Below, in pieces: positions 23,956 through 34,077 of a stretch of 46,064 nt of DNA. Position numbers and translations under genes: made by a program. The stretch's first letter is position 1, and each line of letters begins with the position of its first letter. The notes under the pieces are model-generated. The model was given only the letters and a program-made list of their open reading frames with translations. It had not been told where the DNA came from and did no database searches. Location: positions 1 through 46,064 of the forward strand of contig CAYHTG010000003.1 in assembly GCA_964359495.1 (NCBI GenBank), in the 5' to 3' direction. The DNA comes from an uncultured Candidatus Peribacteria bacterium (GTDB lineage: Bacteria; Patescibacteriota; Gracilibacteria; UBA1369; 2-02-FULL-48-14).

Positions 23956-25728
23956 ATGAAATTCAAAGCTTTCTTTCAGACTGTTTGGACTCAAACTAAG
24001 CAGGCATTTTCGCGCTATCCGCTCAGTATGATTTTGATTTTGGCAGGGTTTGCTTTGGGAGAATATATGATTTGGACCGACTTTTATGATTCTCCTTGGG
24101 AAGAAATTTTAGTGCGGCTTCAAATGACCATTTGGGTTGTCTTGCCCCTCTTTACAGCGATTCAATTGTTCCGCTTACGGAAATGGACTTTGCTTTTTGC
24201 TGCGCTTCTCGCCGCTGCTTTCTACTGGCTTCAAAGCGATGTCTACTCACAAATGACACCTCTGCGTGCCGCTTTATGGGGCTTGGCTTTTTATTCGACT
24301 TTGCTGTTTTTGCCACGTTGGAAGAAAGATCCCAATAATGGATTTTGGGTTTACGTTGAACGCTTGGCCTTTGTTATAGCATTGGCTTTACTTTGCACGC
24401 TCATTTTGACGGTGTCCTTGCAGCTCGCGCTCTTCTCAATTCGTGTTCTCTTTGAAGTGAATATTGATTGGCGTTGGGAAGAAACAATCTGGCTCTTCGG
24501 GTTTTCATTTTTCCTTCCTGTTTTCGCCCATGTGGGTTTGCCGCATCAGTATCGCGAGTTTGAATCCGTTCACGACTACCCCCATTTTGTGAAGCCCATT
24601 GCTTACTACCTTTTACTTCCAATTTCTTTTCTTTATTTTGGTATTTTGGGGGTTTATGTCGCTCAGATTTTAATCACTTGGGAATGGCCTTCCGGGCAAG
24701 TGGCTTATCCCGTTTTGTATCTTTCCATGGTGATTTTCGCCACCTATTTTCTGTCGTACCCCTGGCAAAAATCCTGGCTCAAGTGGGGCTTTGCCTTGCT
24801 GCTTCCTTTTTTGGCCGTTTACTTTATTGCGCTGTCTCAAAGAATTTCCCAGTACGGTTTAACAGAAATGCGCTATCTGGGGGTGCTGCTCGGTCTCATT
24901 CTCACCGGCCTTTGTTTTTACTACTTGCGATCAAAAGCGAAGCAACTTCAAGTCGCTTTTTTGGTGACGGCTCTCACCGCCTTTCTTTTTTCCTTCGGGC
25001 CTTGGGGGATTTTCAGCCTTTCCGTTTACAGCCAAATCGCAAGGCTTGAAATGCTGCTCACGGAAATTGGAGCTCTTAAGGATGGGACGATTCAAAAAGT
25101 GGAAGTTGATTCGGTGACCGATGCCGTAACCATTGAAATCAGTGGGATAGTGCAGTATTTGGCAGATCGGGATCGTTTGACCGATTTAGAAGAGTGGGGA
25201 ACCATTGAACTGGGAGTGAAGGATCAGCCCGACGTGGATGTTCCGACTTTTTTTATGGATCAAATTGGATTGGAGTTTAGTTATTGGGGACATTACGTTG
25301 AGGATCCTTTGTACTTCCAATACGGTGCCCAGGGGTCCCTTCTTTATGATGTTTCCGGCTACGACGTACTTTTCACTCTCGATCAAAGTTTTGATGACTA
25401 CGGTTACGCCTCAGAACCAAGTTCCTATTCATGGAATTCCGAGGAGGAAAATATGAGTGTGTCTTTAGGTGAGAGTGGTAATTTGCTCATCACTTACGAA
25501 GAGTCAGAGTTGAATTTATCTCTTCTTGATTTGCATATAAAATGGGATTCCGGCACGGAACTCGACAAGTTCAGTTTCGATCCCGAGGACCTGTCTTTGA
25601 CGGCGGAGAACAATGAAATTCGTGTGAAAGTGTACATCGAAAATATGGATGGCTCTTTTAGCAATAGTGAAGAAACCGAGCTCAGTCGGATGTATGTGCG
25701 AGGGCAGGTGCTTTTGGATGTGAAGTAA
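23956..25728 (+). CDS. polytopic membrane protein (DUF4153-like?) with a C-terminal soluble domain
   Basis: About 12 predicted helices followed by a ~200-aa hydrophilic tail. The ORF-track start (23860) would overlap the divergent gltX, so I use the ATG at 23956 (MKFKAFFQTVW...). The DUF4153 label is from memory of the architecture only. Confidence 0.55.
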   Translation: MKFKAFFQTVWTQTKQAFSRYPLSMILILAGFALGEYMIWTDFYDSPWEEILVRLQMTIWVVLPLFTAIQLFRLRKWTLLFAALLAAAFYWLQSDVYSQMTPLRAALWGLAFYSTLLFLPRWKKDPNNGFWVYVERLAFVIALALLCTLILTVSLQLALFSIRVLFEVNIDWRWEETIWLFGFSFFLPVFAHVGLPHQYREFESVHDYPHFVKPIAYYLLLPISFLYFGILGVYVAQILITWEWPSGQVAYPVLYLSMVIFATYFLSYPWQKSWLKWGFALLLPFLAVYFIALSQRISQYGLTEMRYLGVLLGLILTGLCFYYLRSKAKQLQVAFLVTALTAFLFSFGPWGIFSLSVYSQIARLEMLLTEIGALKDGTIQKVEVDSVTDAVTIEISGIVQYLADRDRLTDLEEWGTIELGVKDQPDVDVPTFFMDQIGLEFSYWGHYVEDPLYFQYGAQGSLLYDVSGYDVLFTLDQSFDDYGYASEPSSYSWNSEEENMSVSLGESGNLLITYEESELNLSLLDLHIKWDSGTELDKFSFDPEDLSLTAENNEIRVKVYIENMDGSFSNSEETELSRMYVRGQVLLDVK

Positions 25729-26021
25729 AACCTGGTATCACGTTCTGCAAGTTCAGCCTTGCCGGCTACAGGTTCAGTGACGGAAGTGGACTTAGAGAAC
25801 GCCCTACGGGGAGCCATTTTGCGGGAGTGTCAGTGGCAGATCAAGAAATGGCTATTTCTACCAATGTGTTTAATCCTTTTACATAAAATATTTTACAGAC
25901 CCGAGTTTTTTAAGTACACTCATCCCATGTTTATCTCCTTGATGGACTGCCGTTTTACAACTCACGTTCTGGCTTAAAGCCGCCATCCTCCTAATCTTAT
26001 AACACCTTTAACACCTTTAAT

Positions 26022-28700
26022 ATGAAAAAGCTTATCTCCTTACTCAGCCTGCCAATGCTGTTGGCGGTGCTACTTCCACAAGTGGCATTTGCCTATTCGG
26101 GTGTGAACCTGGCGAATGATGGGGTGGATGCTTACTATTACTGTAACAGTCTGTTCTGTCTCGCTATGAATGATACCACCGACGCAAAAGATGCCGGTAC
26201 GAATGATGTGAGCGTTCCTACGGATCTCAGCGATGCAATGTACTTTGGCTACCCTCAAATGTTTGAGGGTTTTGCCATTGACATTTATACTTCAGTGAGT
26301 GGTTACAGTTCTCTTGATCTTGGAATGGGAGAAGAAGGAAGATACGATATTGAATATTGGAATGGCTCTTCTTGGACTGAACTGGATGTAGAGGGGAATG
26401 AGAATACACTTGGTTACACGGATTATAACATTGAAGACGATTCTACAACAGGGGTCTTTGCTCTAACTTGGCAACGTCCTACCGACTGGGTGAAGTCAAC
26501 GGTTGGCAGTTCCTTTTCCATGTACTACGTACGAATGCATATTGTCGAAGAGTATTCCAGCGCCACTACCGCCACTGCTTCGCAAGTTGGAATTATTGAC
26601 TATAATTTGAAGCTTGAGGTGCTCGATGAGTTGGGTTATGCCATTGAAGGATTGGAGGAAGGGGATTTTACTCTGAGTGAAACTTCGGGTGGGGATGAGA
26701 CCATTTATTCTTTTGAAGAGCTTGGGGATGGACTCTATGGTTTTGCTGTCGACCCCTCTGCAGGCTCTGAGTACGAGCTTTCCATTGAGCCTTCCGGTTT
26801 TGTTGGAGAAGATCGCCAAGTAAGCCTGGATTTCGGCGAAACTCTCTATGATGATTTCGATATGGGATATAGCCATCTTTTGATGGCAGAGAATACAATA
26901 GGAACGGAAGTGGTCATTGAAGAGGCGACCGCCGGAGCGCCTCCGGTGGATTGTATTATTGACGGCGCAGAGGCCTACTGTGCGGTGGATATTGGTAATG
27001 ATGGTAGTGGAGCAGAGGCTTATGTGTATACGGATGGTTATGTAGCACTAACAGGGTCTATCACCAACCGAAACGCAGGGAACCTGTCTCAGGCTCAAGA
27101 AACCTATGTCTTACGCTATGGGTACATTGCAACTGTAAAAAATACGACTGGCAATTTGCTTTCTACGGCTACGGTAAAAGCCGGGGACGACCTGGATCTT
27201 ACGTGCGACTATATAGGTAGCGGCCAATACGGTTGCCCTATTTCTCTTTCTGATAGTGAGCCTTTGGTACAAATTTCTGCCACAGGTTATGACACTTCGG
27301 ACAGTGTGTTTAGTGGTGAACGTACGAGTGCAAGCTCCTCACAAGTGACCACTACCTTCCATTTGGAAGAAAGTGCCACGGAAGAACCGGATCCAACCGA
27401 TGATGGAACGGATACCGACGGAGAGGGTCTTACCGATGTAGAAGAAGCTGCCTTGGGAACGGATGAAACCGATGTAGATTCCGATAACGATGGCTTGGAG
27501 GATGACGAAGAGGTGGATCTGGGGACTGATCCTATGGATTCCGATTCCGATAGTGATGGAATTGATGATGGCGAAGAGGTAGATCTAGGAACTGACCCTA
27601 CCGATTCCGATACGGACAATGATGGGGAGAGCGATGGAGATGAAGTGGACGCCGGCACGGATCCTTTGGCAGACGAAGACGAAGTGATTGAAGAGGACAG
27701 TGACGGAGATGGATTGGATGATGATGATGAGGCTGACTTGGGAACGGATGAAACCGATGTGGATTCCGATAACGATGGTTTGGAGGATGGTGAAGAGGTA
27801 GACCTGGGGACTGATCCTATGGATTCCGATTCCGATAGTGATGGAATTGATGATGGCGAAGAGGTAGATCTAGGAACTGACCCTACCGATTCCGATACGG
27901 ACAATGATGGGGAGAGCGATGGAGATGAAGTGGACGCCGGCACGGATCCTTTGGCAGACGAAGACGAAGTGATTGAAGAGGACAGTGACGGAGATGGATT
28001 GGATGATGATGATGAGGCTGACTTGGGAACGGATGAAAACGATGTCGATACTGATGACGATGGAATTAGTGACGGGGCGGAAGTGGCTACCGATACCGAT
28101 CCACTCGACGAAGAAAATTTCCTGGCGGATGCCGAGGATTATGATGCCGATTGCAGTGACACTTTCACTGATACGGCTGGAAACTTTGCAGAAATTTCTA
28201 TTTGTATTTTGTACGATAATGACATTGTGAATGGAGCAACGGCAACTACTTATGAACCCAGTCGTGCTATCACTCGTGCTGAATTCTTAAAGATTGCTCT
28301 ACTCAATGCGGGGCTTACCGTCGTGGCTGATAGTGACGTGGACTATGATGATGTGGAATCCAGCGATTGGTACTACTCTTACATCACTTATGCTACCTCT
28401 GAAGGTTATGTGGAAGGGTATACAGATGGAATGTTCCATCCCAATGAAGAAATCAACCGTGCGGAGGCTATGATCATGATGATGCGCATCGCCGGTGTGG
28501 ATGATTACGATGTGGACGACAGTGATATCGATTTCAGTGATGTGGAATCCAGCGATTGGTACGCTTGGGCAATTGTGGAGGCCGATGAAAACGGTATCTC
28601 CGAAGGCTATAGCGATGGCACCTTTAAACCTGGCAACGACATCACTCGTGCGGAAGTTGCGGTGATCGCTCGCCGAACTTGGTATGTCTACTTTGAATAA
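26022..28700 (+). CDS. large secreted surface (S-layer-like) protein: N-terminal beta-rich region, thrombospondin type-3-like Ca-binding repeats, three C-terminal SLH domains
   Basis: Signal peptide [24 protein letters not shown]. Many D-x-D-x-D-G-x-x-D repeats ([36 protein letters not shown]). SLH motifs ([10 protein letters not shown]...[11 protein letters not shown]; [42 protein letters not shown]; [42 protein letters not shown]). Confidence 0.85.
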   Translation: MKKLISLLSLPMLLAVLLPQVAFAYSGVNLANDGVDAYYYCNSLFCLAMNDTTDAKDAGTNDVSVPTDLSDAMYFGYPQMFEGFAIDIYTSVSGYSSLDLGMGEEGRYDIEYWNGSSWTELDVEGNENTLGYTDYNIEDDSTTGVFALTWQRPTDWVKSTVGSSFSMYYVRMHIVEEYSSATTATASQVGIIDYNLKLEVLDELGYAIEGLEEGDFTLSETSGGDETIYSFEELGDGLYGFAVDPSAGSEYELSIEPSGFVGEDRQVSLDFGETLYDDFDMGYSHLLMAENTIGTEVVIEEATAGAPPVDCIIDGAEAYCAVDIGNDGSGAEAYVYTDGYVALTGSITNRNAGNLSQAQETYVLRYGYIATVKNTTGNLLSTATVKAGDDLDLTCDYIGSGQYGCPISLSDSEPLVQISATGYDTSDSVFSGERTSASSSQVTTTFHLEESATEEPDPTDDGTDTDGEGLTDVEEAALGTDETDVDSDNDGLEDDEEVDLGTDPMDSDSDSDGIDDGEEVDLGTDPTDSDTDNDGESDGDEVDAGTDPLADEDEVIEEDSDGDGLDDDDEADLGTDETDVDSDNDGLEDGEEVDLGTDPMDSDSDSDGIDDGEEVDLGTDPTDSDTDNDGESDGDEVDAGTDPLADEDEVIEEDSDGDGLDDDDEADLGTDENDVDTDDDGISDGAEVATDTDPLDEENFLADAEDYDADCSDTFTDTAGNFAEISICILYDNDIVNGATATTYEPSRAITRAEFLKIALLNAGLTVVADSDVDYDDVESSDWYYSYITYATSEGYVEGYTDGMFHPNEEINRAEAMIMMMRIAGVDDYDVDDSDIDFSDVESSDWYAWAIVEADENGISEGYSDGTFKPGNDITRAEVAVIARRTWYVYFE
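27453..28022 (+). repeat. two near-identical tandem copies of a 285-bp (95-codon) unit inside the surface-protein gene
   Basis: CTTGGGAACGGATGAAACCGATGT... recurs at 27453, 27738 and (diverging after about 25 nt) 28023. The last ~225 nt of copies 1 and 2 look identical by eye, and the first ~60 nt carry a few substitutions (DDEE vs DGEE). Confidence 0.9.
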
Positions 28701-29010
28701 AGCGCCAGTATTTTCCAAACGGGAAATGACACATGAAATGGGAGAGAATGGGAGTGGGAAACATTTACGAGTTTGCAGCCAAACTGGCCGGAATGAGCAA
28801 AGAGTCTGTAGGTAAAGTAGCCACCATCGCCACCTCCGAAACAGATGGCGATTGGGCGGAAAGGATGGAAACCCTGTCTCAACCGGCCGCGCCAGCCTTT
28901 GTACAAAATTACAGAGTAAAAACCACTCTGCAGAGTGAAACTCAACCTGTAAAACCTGTAAAATACGCGAAGCGAAGCGTAACCGCTTAAAGCGGTACTA
29001 GGTTTTATTG

Positions 29011-29919
29011 TTACTTGGAAAGCTTAAGTTCCGCAAAAATTCCCCAGTGATCGGCAGAGGTTTTTGCTGTCCGTTTAAACGAAAGAGTCTCAAAACCGGC
29101 ATTGGTGAGAACGTAGTCGATGGGAAGTTGGAAGAGGAAGTTGTGGGCGTGCCAAGTGGGGATGAGCCCAAAGCCTAGGCGAGTGTCTTGAAGGCCACTG
29201 TTTGTGAGAAGTTCTTGAAAGGAGGGAGACCAAGGTGCCGAATTGAAGTCGCCCACCACTAAAGTGGGGAGGCTGCTCGATTTTACGTAACTTACAATGT
29301 CCGTAAACTGAGCATTTCTTTCGGCGGCATAGCCTTCACTGAGTGGGGCAAAAGGATGCACGGCTAGAACACGATAATTTTGGGAATCAGGAATAAATTC
29401 GAGCCCGAACTTGCCGCCTAGCGGAATTTCTTCAAAATTACCCGGAGTTTTACTGCCCACGAGAATGCCATTCACGCCGGTTTCCGCGGTGAGGTAGAGG
29501 GTTGGGTAGTCGGCTGAAAATTTGGGAAGGGCGTTTTGCCACTGCGGGCCCGCTTCATGAATCACAAAAATGTCCGGATCGTTTTGGTCGAGAAGAAACT
29601 GAATTTCTTCAAAGTTGTCGTTCGTGAAGTAGAAGTTTTGGCTGAGGATGCCGAGGGTGGGTTCTTCCGCGGCCGGTTTTGGGAAAATCTGCAAATACGG
29701 TGCGAAACTTGCAAGGTTTATGCTGAATAGGACCGCTAAAACTAAAGCGGTTTTCCAGGCTTTAAGGGGAATGGCGATAAGGATGAGAAGGGCAGTGATG
29801 AGGGCGTAGTAGACACTGTAGTGAGTAAAGAGCTCAAAGAACCACCAGGTTTTCCCGAGGATCAAAAAAAGTTGCAGGATGAGGAGTCCCGAGCATGCTA
29901 AAGTGTATAAACGTTTCAT
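29011..29919 (-). CDS. membrane-anchored endonuclease/exonuclease/phosphatase (EEP) family protein
   Basis: Three N-terminal TM helices, then EEP motifs DIFVIHEA, LAVHPFAP, VVGDFNSAPWS, PIDYVL, SADHWGIF. Confidence 0.75.
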   Translation of the reverse strand: MKRLYTLACSGLLILQLFLILGKTWWFFELFTHYSVYYALITALLILIAIPLKAWKTALVLAVLFSINLASFAPYLQIFPKPAAEEPTLGILSQNFYFTNDNFEEIQFLLDQNDPDIFVIHEAGPQWQNALPKFSADYPTLYLTAETGVNGILVGSKTPGNFEEIPLGGKFGLEFIPDSQNYRVLAVHPFAPLSEGYAAERNAQFTDIVSYVKSSSLPTLVVGDFNSAPWSPSFQELLTNSGLQDTRLGFGLIPTWHAHNFLFQLPIDYVLTNAGFETLSFKRTAKTSADHWGIFAELKLSK

Positions 29920-29969
29920 GCGGGGATACTAGCAAAAAGATGTGCGTGCGCACAAATGGTCCTTTGACC

Positions 29970-30967
29970 TTACTGTTCGTTTATTTCTTCTGGTTTCAGT
30001 TGGCTGAGTCGATTAAAAGTCATGTGAAAAATTCCGCTCGTTCGCTCGGCACCTTCTTGGTCCAGATCCAGCCTTCCTTTCGCACGTCCAATTTCAATTC
30101 CATGTGGAACAAACTCCATACCAACCACATGGACTCCTTCACGCGGTCTTCCATACATGGCTGTGGTTCCGTGGTCACCTTTAAGCGGTCCTTCGCCATC
30201 TTCCACCTTATAGCCACGGTCTTCAAAATTGCTGCGAATAACTTCAAGGACCCGAGGTGCCGCCGCCAGACCGCCGTTGGAAATCATAATCAGGTCGGGA
30301 AGGCCGGTTCTTTCTTTTAAAGAGCCGCGTGCCATCTCTTCGCCCAAAACATAAGCGCCCGCGTACCTTCCTGTGTTCAATCTTCCCGGTCGATTTAATG
30401 GGAAAGTGTGAAGACTTAAAACAATGGCTGCTCCAAAACGATTTCGGGCTTGGTTGATGGCCGCAGCGAGTGCTCTTTGGTAGGGTTCTTGAACATGAGC
30501 CCGAATTTCAGCGAATTCTTCCCGAGTGTAGGGCCTGCTTAGAATATCCTCCATTTGCGCTTCCGCCGCTCTTGAACCTCTTCAGAGGAAGCGTTTAAAT
30601 TAATTCCTGTGGCTACCGTGCCCCTCCAAATCAAGCCATGTGCATGAGCGCCTTCGGGTGACCCTTCCACGGACAGCGCATCGACTTCTTCAGATGCACG
30701 ATTCAAATCCAAAAGTACTCGCGGAAAGGTGGTCCACACGCGAGCATCGTGAACTCTTTCGTGAAAACCTGTAATGAAAGGAACGGCATGATCAACCCCA
30801 AGGTTCAGTGTTCTTTGAACGGCTTCGCTCTTGAATCGGACAACTTCCAGGATGGCTTCAGGATAATGGTCAAAATCCTTCGGGTGAGGGATGGCGCTAT
30901 GAGGCATGTCCAGGATCAAGGGACTTTCTCCGGGTTCAAAGTTCACGAAAGGGAAGCGCTGATGCAT
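29970..30967 (-). pseudogene. N-formylglutamate amidohydrolase-family (FGase, PF05013-like) gene split into two overlapping ORFs by a frameshift
   Basis: The upstream ORF (30967-30539) carries LILDMPHSAIP and PRVLLDLNR. The downstream ORF (30554-29970) carries PYQRAL..., IVLSLHTF and VVGMEFVPHGIEIGR. Together they make one FGase-like domain. The ORFs overlap by 16 nt in different frames (AAATGGAGGATATTCTAAGC). Confidence 0.65.
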
Positions 30968-31057
30968 AAAATTCTTTAAAGGTGTACGACTGTACCAGCT
31001 TAGCTTCCTTTTTTCAAGCTTTCCTGATAGGATGGGGGTCGATTAATCTGGTCAATA

Positions 31058-33307
31058 ATGGTTCGTCGTCGGATGGTTCGAAGAAGGACAACTCGAAGAA
31101 AAAAGATTCCTGCGCTCAGCTTTGAGGTGGAAAGTCACATCATGCGGGAAATTTGGGCGGTTTTGTACCTGGCGCTGGCGGCTTTGACCTGGCTTTCGCT
31201 GAATCAACAGTTGGGAGTTTTGGGAGAGCTGTGGGTCGCCGGTCTTCGGCCGGTGTTCGGAGTGGGGCTGGGGGCGGTACCTTTTGCCCTTTTACTCATG
31301 GGGGTTTCAGTGTTTTTTTCGAAGAAAATCAACTGGGGACTCGCCAGGCTCATGGGGATGTTCTTTATTACTGCTTCGCTGCTCGGGTTTGTACACATGG
31401 GTGTGCCGGAGGGCGATCTCCTTGAGATTGCCGAAAAAGGAGAAGCTGGAGGTTACATTGGTTTTGTATCGAGTTTTCTTTTTAGCGCAGCCTTTGGCCG
31501 GATTGGGGCTTATGTCCTTTTGACGGCCACTTTTTTGATTGGGATTTTACTCACCCTGCAGATTAGCTTGGGAACCATCATGCGCTTCATCACGCCGACA
31601 CCTCGAATGATGAAAAAAGTGATAGACGTGGCCACACCCGAATTTAACATCACTCATGAGAGTAGTTTGGAGGACGAGCTCAAGATTGTATCTCCCCCAC
31701 TCGCTGAAAGCGAGCGTAGAAAAGAAGAAGAGCTGTTCAGCATGACTTTAAAGGAACTTACTTTGAAGGAGATGGAAGAAAAGGCTACGCTGGAGCACGC
31801 CGAAGCGCAAGCGGAGGCGAAATTAAAAGAAGAAGAGGATGACGACGAACTCGTTGTGATCGATGACAAAGGCAAAGAAGCAGAGGAAGTGTTGTGGGCT
31901 TACCCCACGCTCGATCTGTTGGAGATTGGCAAGGACAGCATCGAAATCGATGAAAATGATCTTAAACGTAAAGCGGATCTTATTAAAACGAAGCTGGAAC
32001 AGTTTGGAATTGATGTGAGTATGCATGAGGTCCATGTGGGGCCCACGGTGGTGCAGTACACCTTGAGACCGGCGGATGGGGTGAAGCTTTCTAAAATCAC
32101 GTCGCTGAAAAACGATATTGCCTTGGCTTTGGCGGCACCGGCCGTTCGTATTGAAGCGCCCATTCCCGGAAAATCCTTGGTGGGGATTGAGATTCCGAGC
32201 GCTGTGCGGTCCACCGTCCACATGCGTGAAATGATGGAAACGGATGTCTACATCAGAGAAAGTTCAAAAATTAAAATTTCCCTTGGTCGTGATGTTTCGG
32301 GTAAATCCATGGTCGCCGACCTTGCCAAGATGCCACATCTCTTAATTGCGGGGGCCACGGGAAGCGGAAAATCAGTGGGACTCAACAGTTTCCTTCTTTC
32401 CTTTTTGTACAACAATTCTCCGAAGGAACTCAAATTCATTATGATTGACCCTAAGCAGGTGGAACTTTCCACTTACAACGGTTTGCCGCACCTTCTCACG
32501 CCCGTCATTACCGATCCCGAAAAAGCCGCAACCGCGCTGCGTTGGGCGGTGGCCGAAATGAATAGACGATATAAGGTTTGCGCGGAAGCGGGACATCGTA
32601 GTATTTACGACTATAACGCCGACAAAAAAACCGCCGAAAAAATGCCCAAAATTGTGATTGTCATCGATGAATTGGCGGACCTCATGATGCAAGCTCAAAA
32701 AGAAGTGGAGGCTTCCATTTGTCGCATTGCCCAGATGGCGCGAGCGGTGGGCATGCATCTTATTGTGGCCACGCAGCGACCTTCCGTAGACGTTATTACG
32801 GGTCTCATCAAAGCCAACATTCCCACTCGTATTGCTTTTACCGTCGCTTCCTCCGTAGATTCTCGCACTATTTTGGACACCAACGGCGCCGAAGATCTTT
32901 TGGGAAATGGAGACATGCTCTACCTCTCCGGAACCATGGCCAAGCCCGTGCGTATTCAGGGAATTTACGTTTCCTCCAAAGAAATTGAAAAGGTCACGAA
33001 TCGCCTCAAGCTCACCCACGAACCCAGCTATGTGCATGACATCACTTCCAAGGAAACGGCCAAAACTCGTGTGCAAGGGGTGCCCGACATTCCCGCCGAA
33101 TCCAAGTCGGACGAAGAGCTCGTGCAGCTGGCTGTCGAATGTTTAAAGCGGAATCGCAAAGCGGCCTCAACTTCTTCCTTGCAGCGTTATCTGCGCATTG
33201 GTTACTCCCGTGCGGCTCGCATTATTGACCTTCTTGAACAAGCCGGTGTGGTGGGCAGTGCTCAAGGCAGCAAGCCACGACAGGTTTTCTTTGGGGATGA
33301 GGACTGA
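31058..33307 (+). CDS. ftsK: DNA translocase FtsK/SpoIIIE
   Basis: Four N-terminal TM helices and an acidic linker. Motor domain with Walker A GATGSGKSVGLNS and Walker B VIVIDELADLMM, plus ATQRPSVDVITG. C-terminal winged-helix gamma domain (LQRYLRIGYSRAARIIDLLEQAGVV). Confidence 0.92.
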   Translation: MVRRRMVRRRTTRRKKIPALSFEVESHIMREIWAVLYLALAALTWLSLNQQLGVLGELWVAGLRPVFGVGLGAVPFALLLMGVSVFFSKKINWGLARLMGMFFITASLLGFVHMGVPEGDLLEIAEKGEAGGYIGFVSSFLFSAAFGRIGAYVLLTATFLIGILLTLQISLGTIMRFITPTPRMMKKVIDVATPEFNITHESSLEDELKIVSPPLAESERRKEEELFSMTLKELTLKEMEEKATLEHAEAQAEAKLKEEEDDDELVVIDDKGKEAEEVLWAYPTLDLLEIGKDSIEIDENDLKRKADLIKTKLEQFGIDVSMHEVHVGPTVVQYTLRPADGVKLSKITSLKNDIALALAAPAVRIEAPIPGKSLVGIEIPSAVRSTVHMREMMETDVYIRESSKIKISLGRDVSGKSMVADLAKMPHLLIAGATGSGKSVGLNSFLLSFLYNNSPKELKFIMIDPKQVELSTYNGLPHLLTPVITDPEKAATALRWAVAEMNRRYKVCAEAGHRSIYDYNADKKTAEKMPKIVIVIDELADLMMQAQKEVEASICRIAQMARAVGMHLIVATQRPSVDVITGLIKANIPTRIAFTVASSVDSRTILDTNGAEDLLGNGDMLYLSGTMAKPVRIQGIYVSSKEIEKVTNRLKLTHEPSYVHDITSKETAKTRVQGVPDIPAESKSDEELVQLAVECLKRNRKAASTSSLQRYLRIGYSRAARIIDLLEQAGVVGSAQGSKPRQVFFGDED

Positions 33308-33645
33308 AGACCTTGCAGTCTCACTCTTCGAGTGCTAAATTACAAATGATCCCTCCGCAAGATAGAAGAGTGAGTACACACTCGCAGGTTCCTTTCATTT
33401 ATGGGACGCACACCTGTTGAGCTATGTAGTTCTGGGGTCGGGATCTTTGAAAAGTTGACCGATAGGACGCGAATGCGGAGCATATATTTGTACCAAATTC
33501 GGCCAAAAGGCATGCCCTCACTAAAGATGATCCACGCTATAGCTGGATCTTTTTTAGTTTACGAGCCTTTATACTCGGTGACACTTTCTCAACCTGCAAA
33601 TCCCCCGCTAGCGGTGGTTTTTTCAGAGTAAAAACTGATTTCTGC

Positions 33646-33662
33646 ATAACGGAAGGCGTTAT
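33646..33662. promoter_or_regulatory. operator-like palindrome (site 0) ATAACG-GAAGG-CGTTAT
   Basis: 6-bp perfect inverted repeat sharing the TAACG/CGTTA half-sites found in the two HigA-associated promoters. Its first 8 nt (ATAACGGA) are identical to the site at 35033. Confidence 0.35.
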
Positions 33663-33665
33663 CAC

Positions 33666-33692
33666 TGTTGTTGGAGCTTCGACAGCAGGTTT
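33666..33692. repeat. 27-nt direct repeat, copy 1 (TGTTGTTGGAGCTTCGACAGCAGGTTT)
   Basis: Matches 34905-34931 at 26 of 27 positions. Both copies lie 65-95 nt upstream of a higA-type promoter. Confidence 0.6.
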
Positions 33693-33759
33693 TAACGGGT
33701 TTGGCTGATTTGGTGTTTTTGATTTATTTGAAATCTGGTCTTAGACTTTAGATCTACCC

Positions 33760-33788
33760 TTGACACTATTAACGCGACGCGTTATCAT
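33760..33788 (+). promoter_or_regulatory. higBA promoter with embedded palindromic operator
   Basis: TTGACA (33760-33765), 17-nt spacer, TATCAT (33783-33788). The spacer and -10 contain the perfect palindrome TAACGCG-A-CGCGTTA (33770-33784). The higB ATG is only 4 nt after the -10, implying a leaderless or near-leaderless mRNA. Confidence 0.55.
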
Positions 33789-33792
33789 TTGT

Positions 33793-34074
33793 ATGATCAA
33801 AAGTTTTAAAGACAAGTCCACAGAAAATTTGTTCTTCCGTGAGTTTTCAAAAAGAATCCCTGAAAATCTTTCAAGAAGAGCTCAGAAAAAACTTTATGTA
33901 CTTCATTACGCAGATCAGCTTCATGATCTGGAAGTGCCGCCCTCCAATCGTTTAGAATCGCTTCAGGGTGATCGAGAAGGTCAGTACAGTATTAGAATCA
34001 ACCTACAATGGAGAATCTGTTTCAACTGGAATCAAGGAAATGCTTATAACGTCGAAATAGTTGACTACCACTAA
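33793..34074 (+). CDS. higB: HigB toxin (RelE/ParE superfamily, plasmid-maintenance killer type)
   Basis: MIKSFKDKSTENLF...LHDLEVPPSNRLESLQGDREGQYSIRINLQWRICFNW....VEIVDYH matches the HigB family pattern closely. The ORF-track start (33760, TTG) is actually the -35 box. Confidence 0.82.
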   Translation: MIKSFKDKSTENLFFREFSKRIPENLSRRAQKKLYVLHYADQLHDLEVPPSNRLESLQGDREGQYSIRINLQWRICFNWNQGNAYNVEIVDYH

Positions 34075-34077
34075 ATT

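Noticed and set aside
25729-26021. 293-nt leader upstream of the surface-protein gene, with small stems (AGCCATTT...AAATGGCT) and a repeated CACGTTCTG word
   Set aside because: I could not recognise any riboswitch or known leader motif, and the stems are short. This is probably just a long 5' UTR and promoter region of a highly expressed gene.
27287-27943. 218-aa Ser/Pro-rich ORF on the minus strand
   Set aside because: It is the antisense shadow of the GAT/GAC/GAA-rich acidic repeat region of the surface-protein gene. Its low-complexity composition mirrors the sense-strand repeats exactly.
27400-28100. Regular short repeats that could superficially suggest a CRISPR array
   Set aside because: The repeats are in-frame 66-nt and 285-nt coding units of D-x-D-x-D-G calcium loops within one long ORF. 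There is no repeat/unique-spacer alternation, and no cas genes are nearby.
28733-28990. 85-aa plus-strand ORF (and the overlapping 85-aa minus-strand ORF at 28688-28945) downstream of the surface-protein gene
   Set aside because: Two mutually overlapping ORFs of equal length, no motifs, and no clear start context. I could not decide whether either is real, so I did not list them as features.
33401-33631. 76-aa ORF in the ftsK-higB gap
   Set aside because: Unconvincing composition, no ribosome-binding context, and it is crossed by terminator-like hairpins. I treat the region as non-coding and a possible sRNA (see findings).
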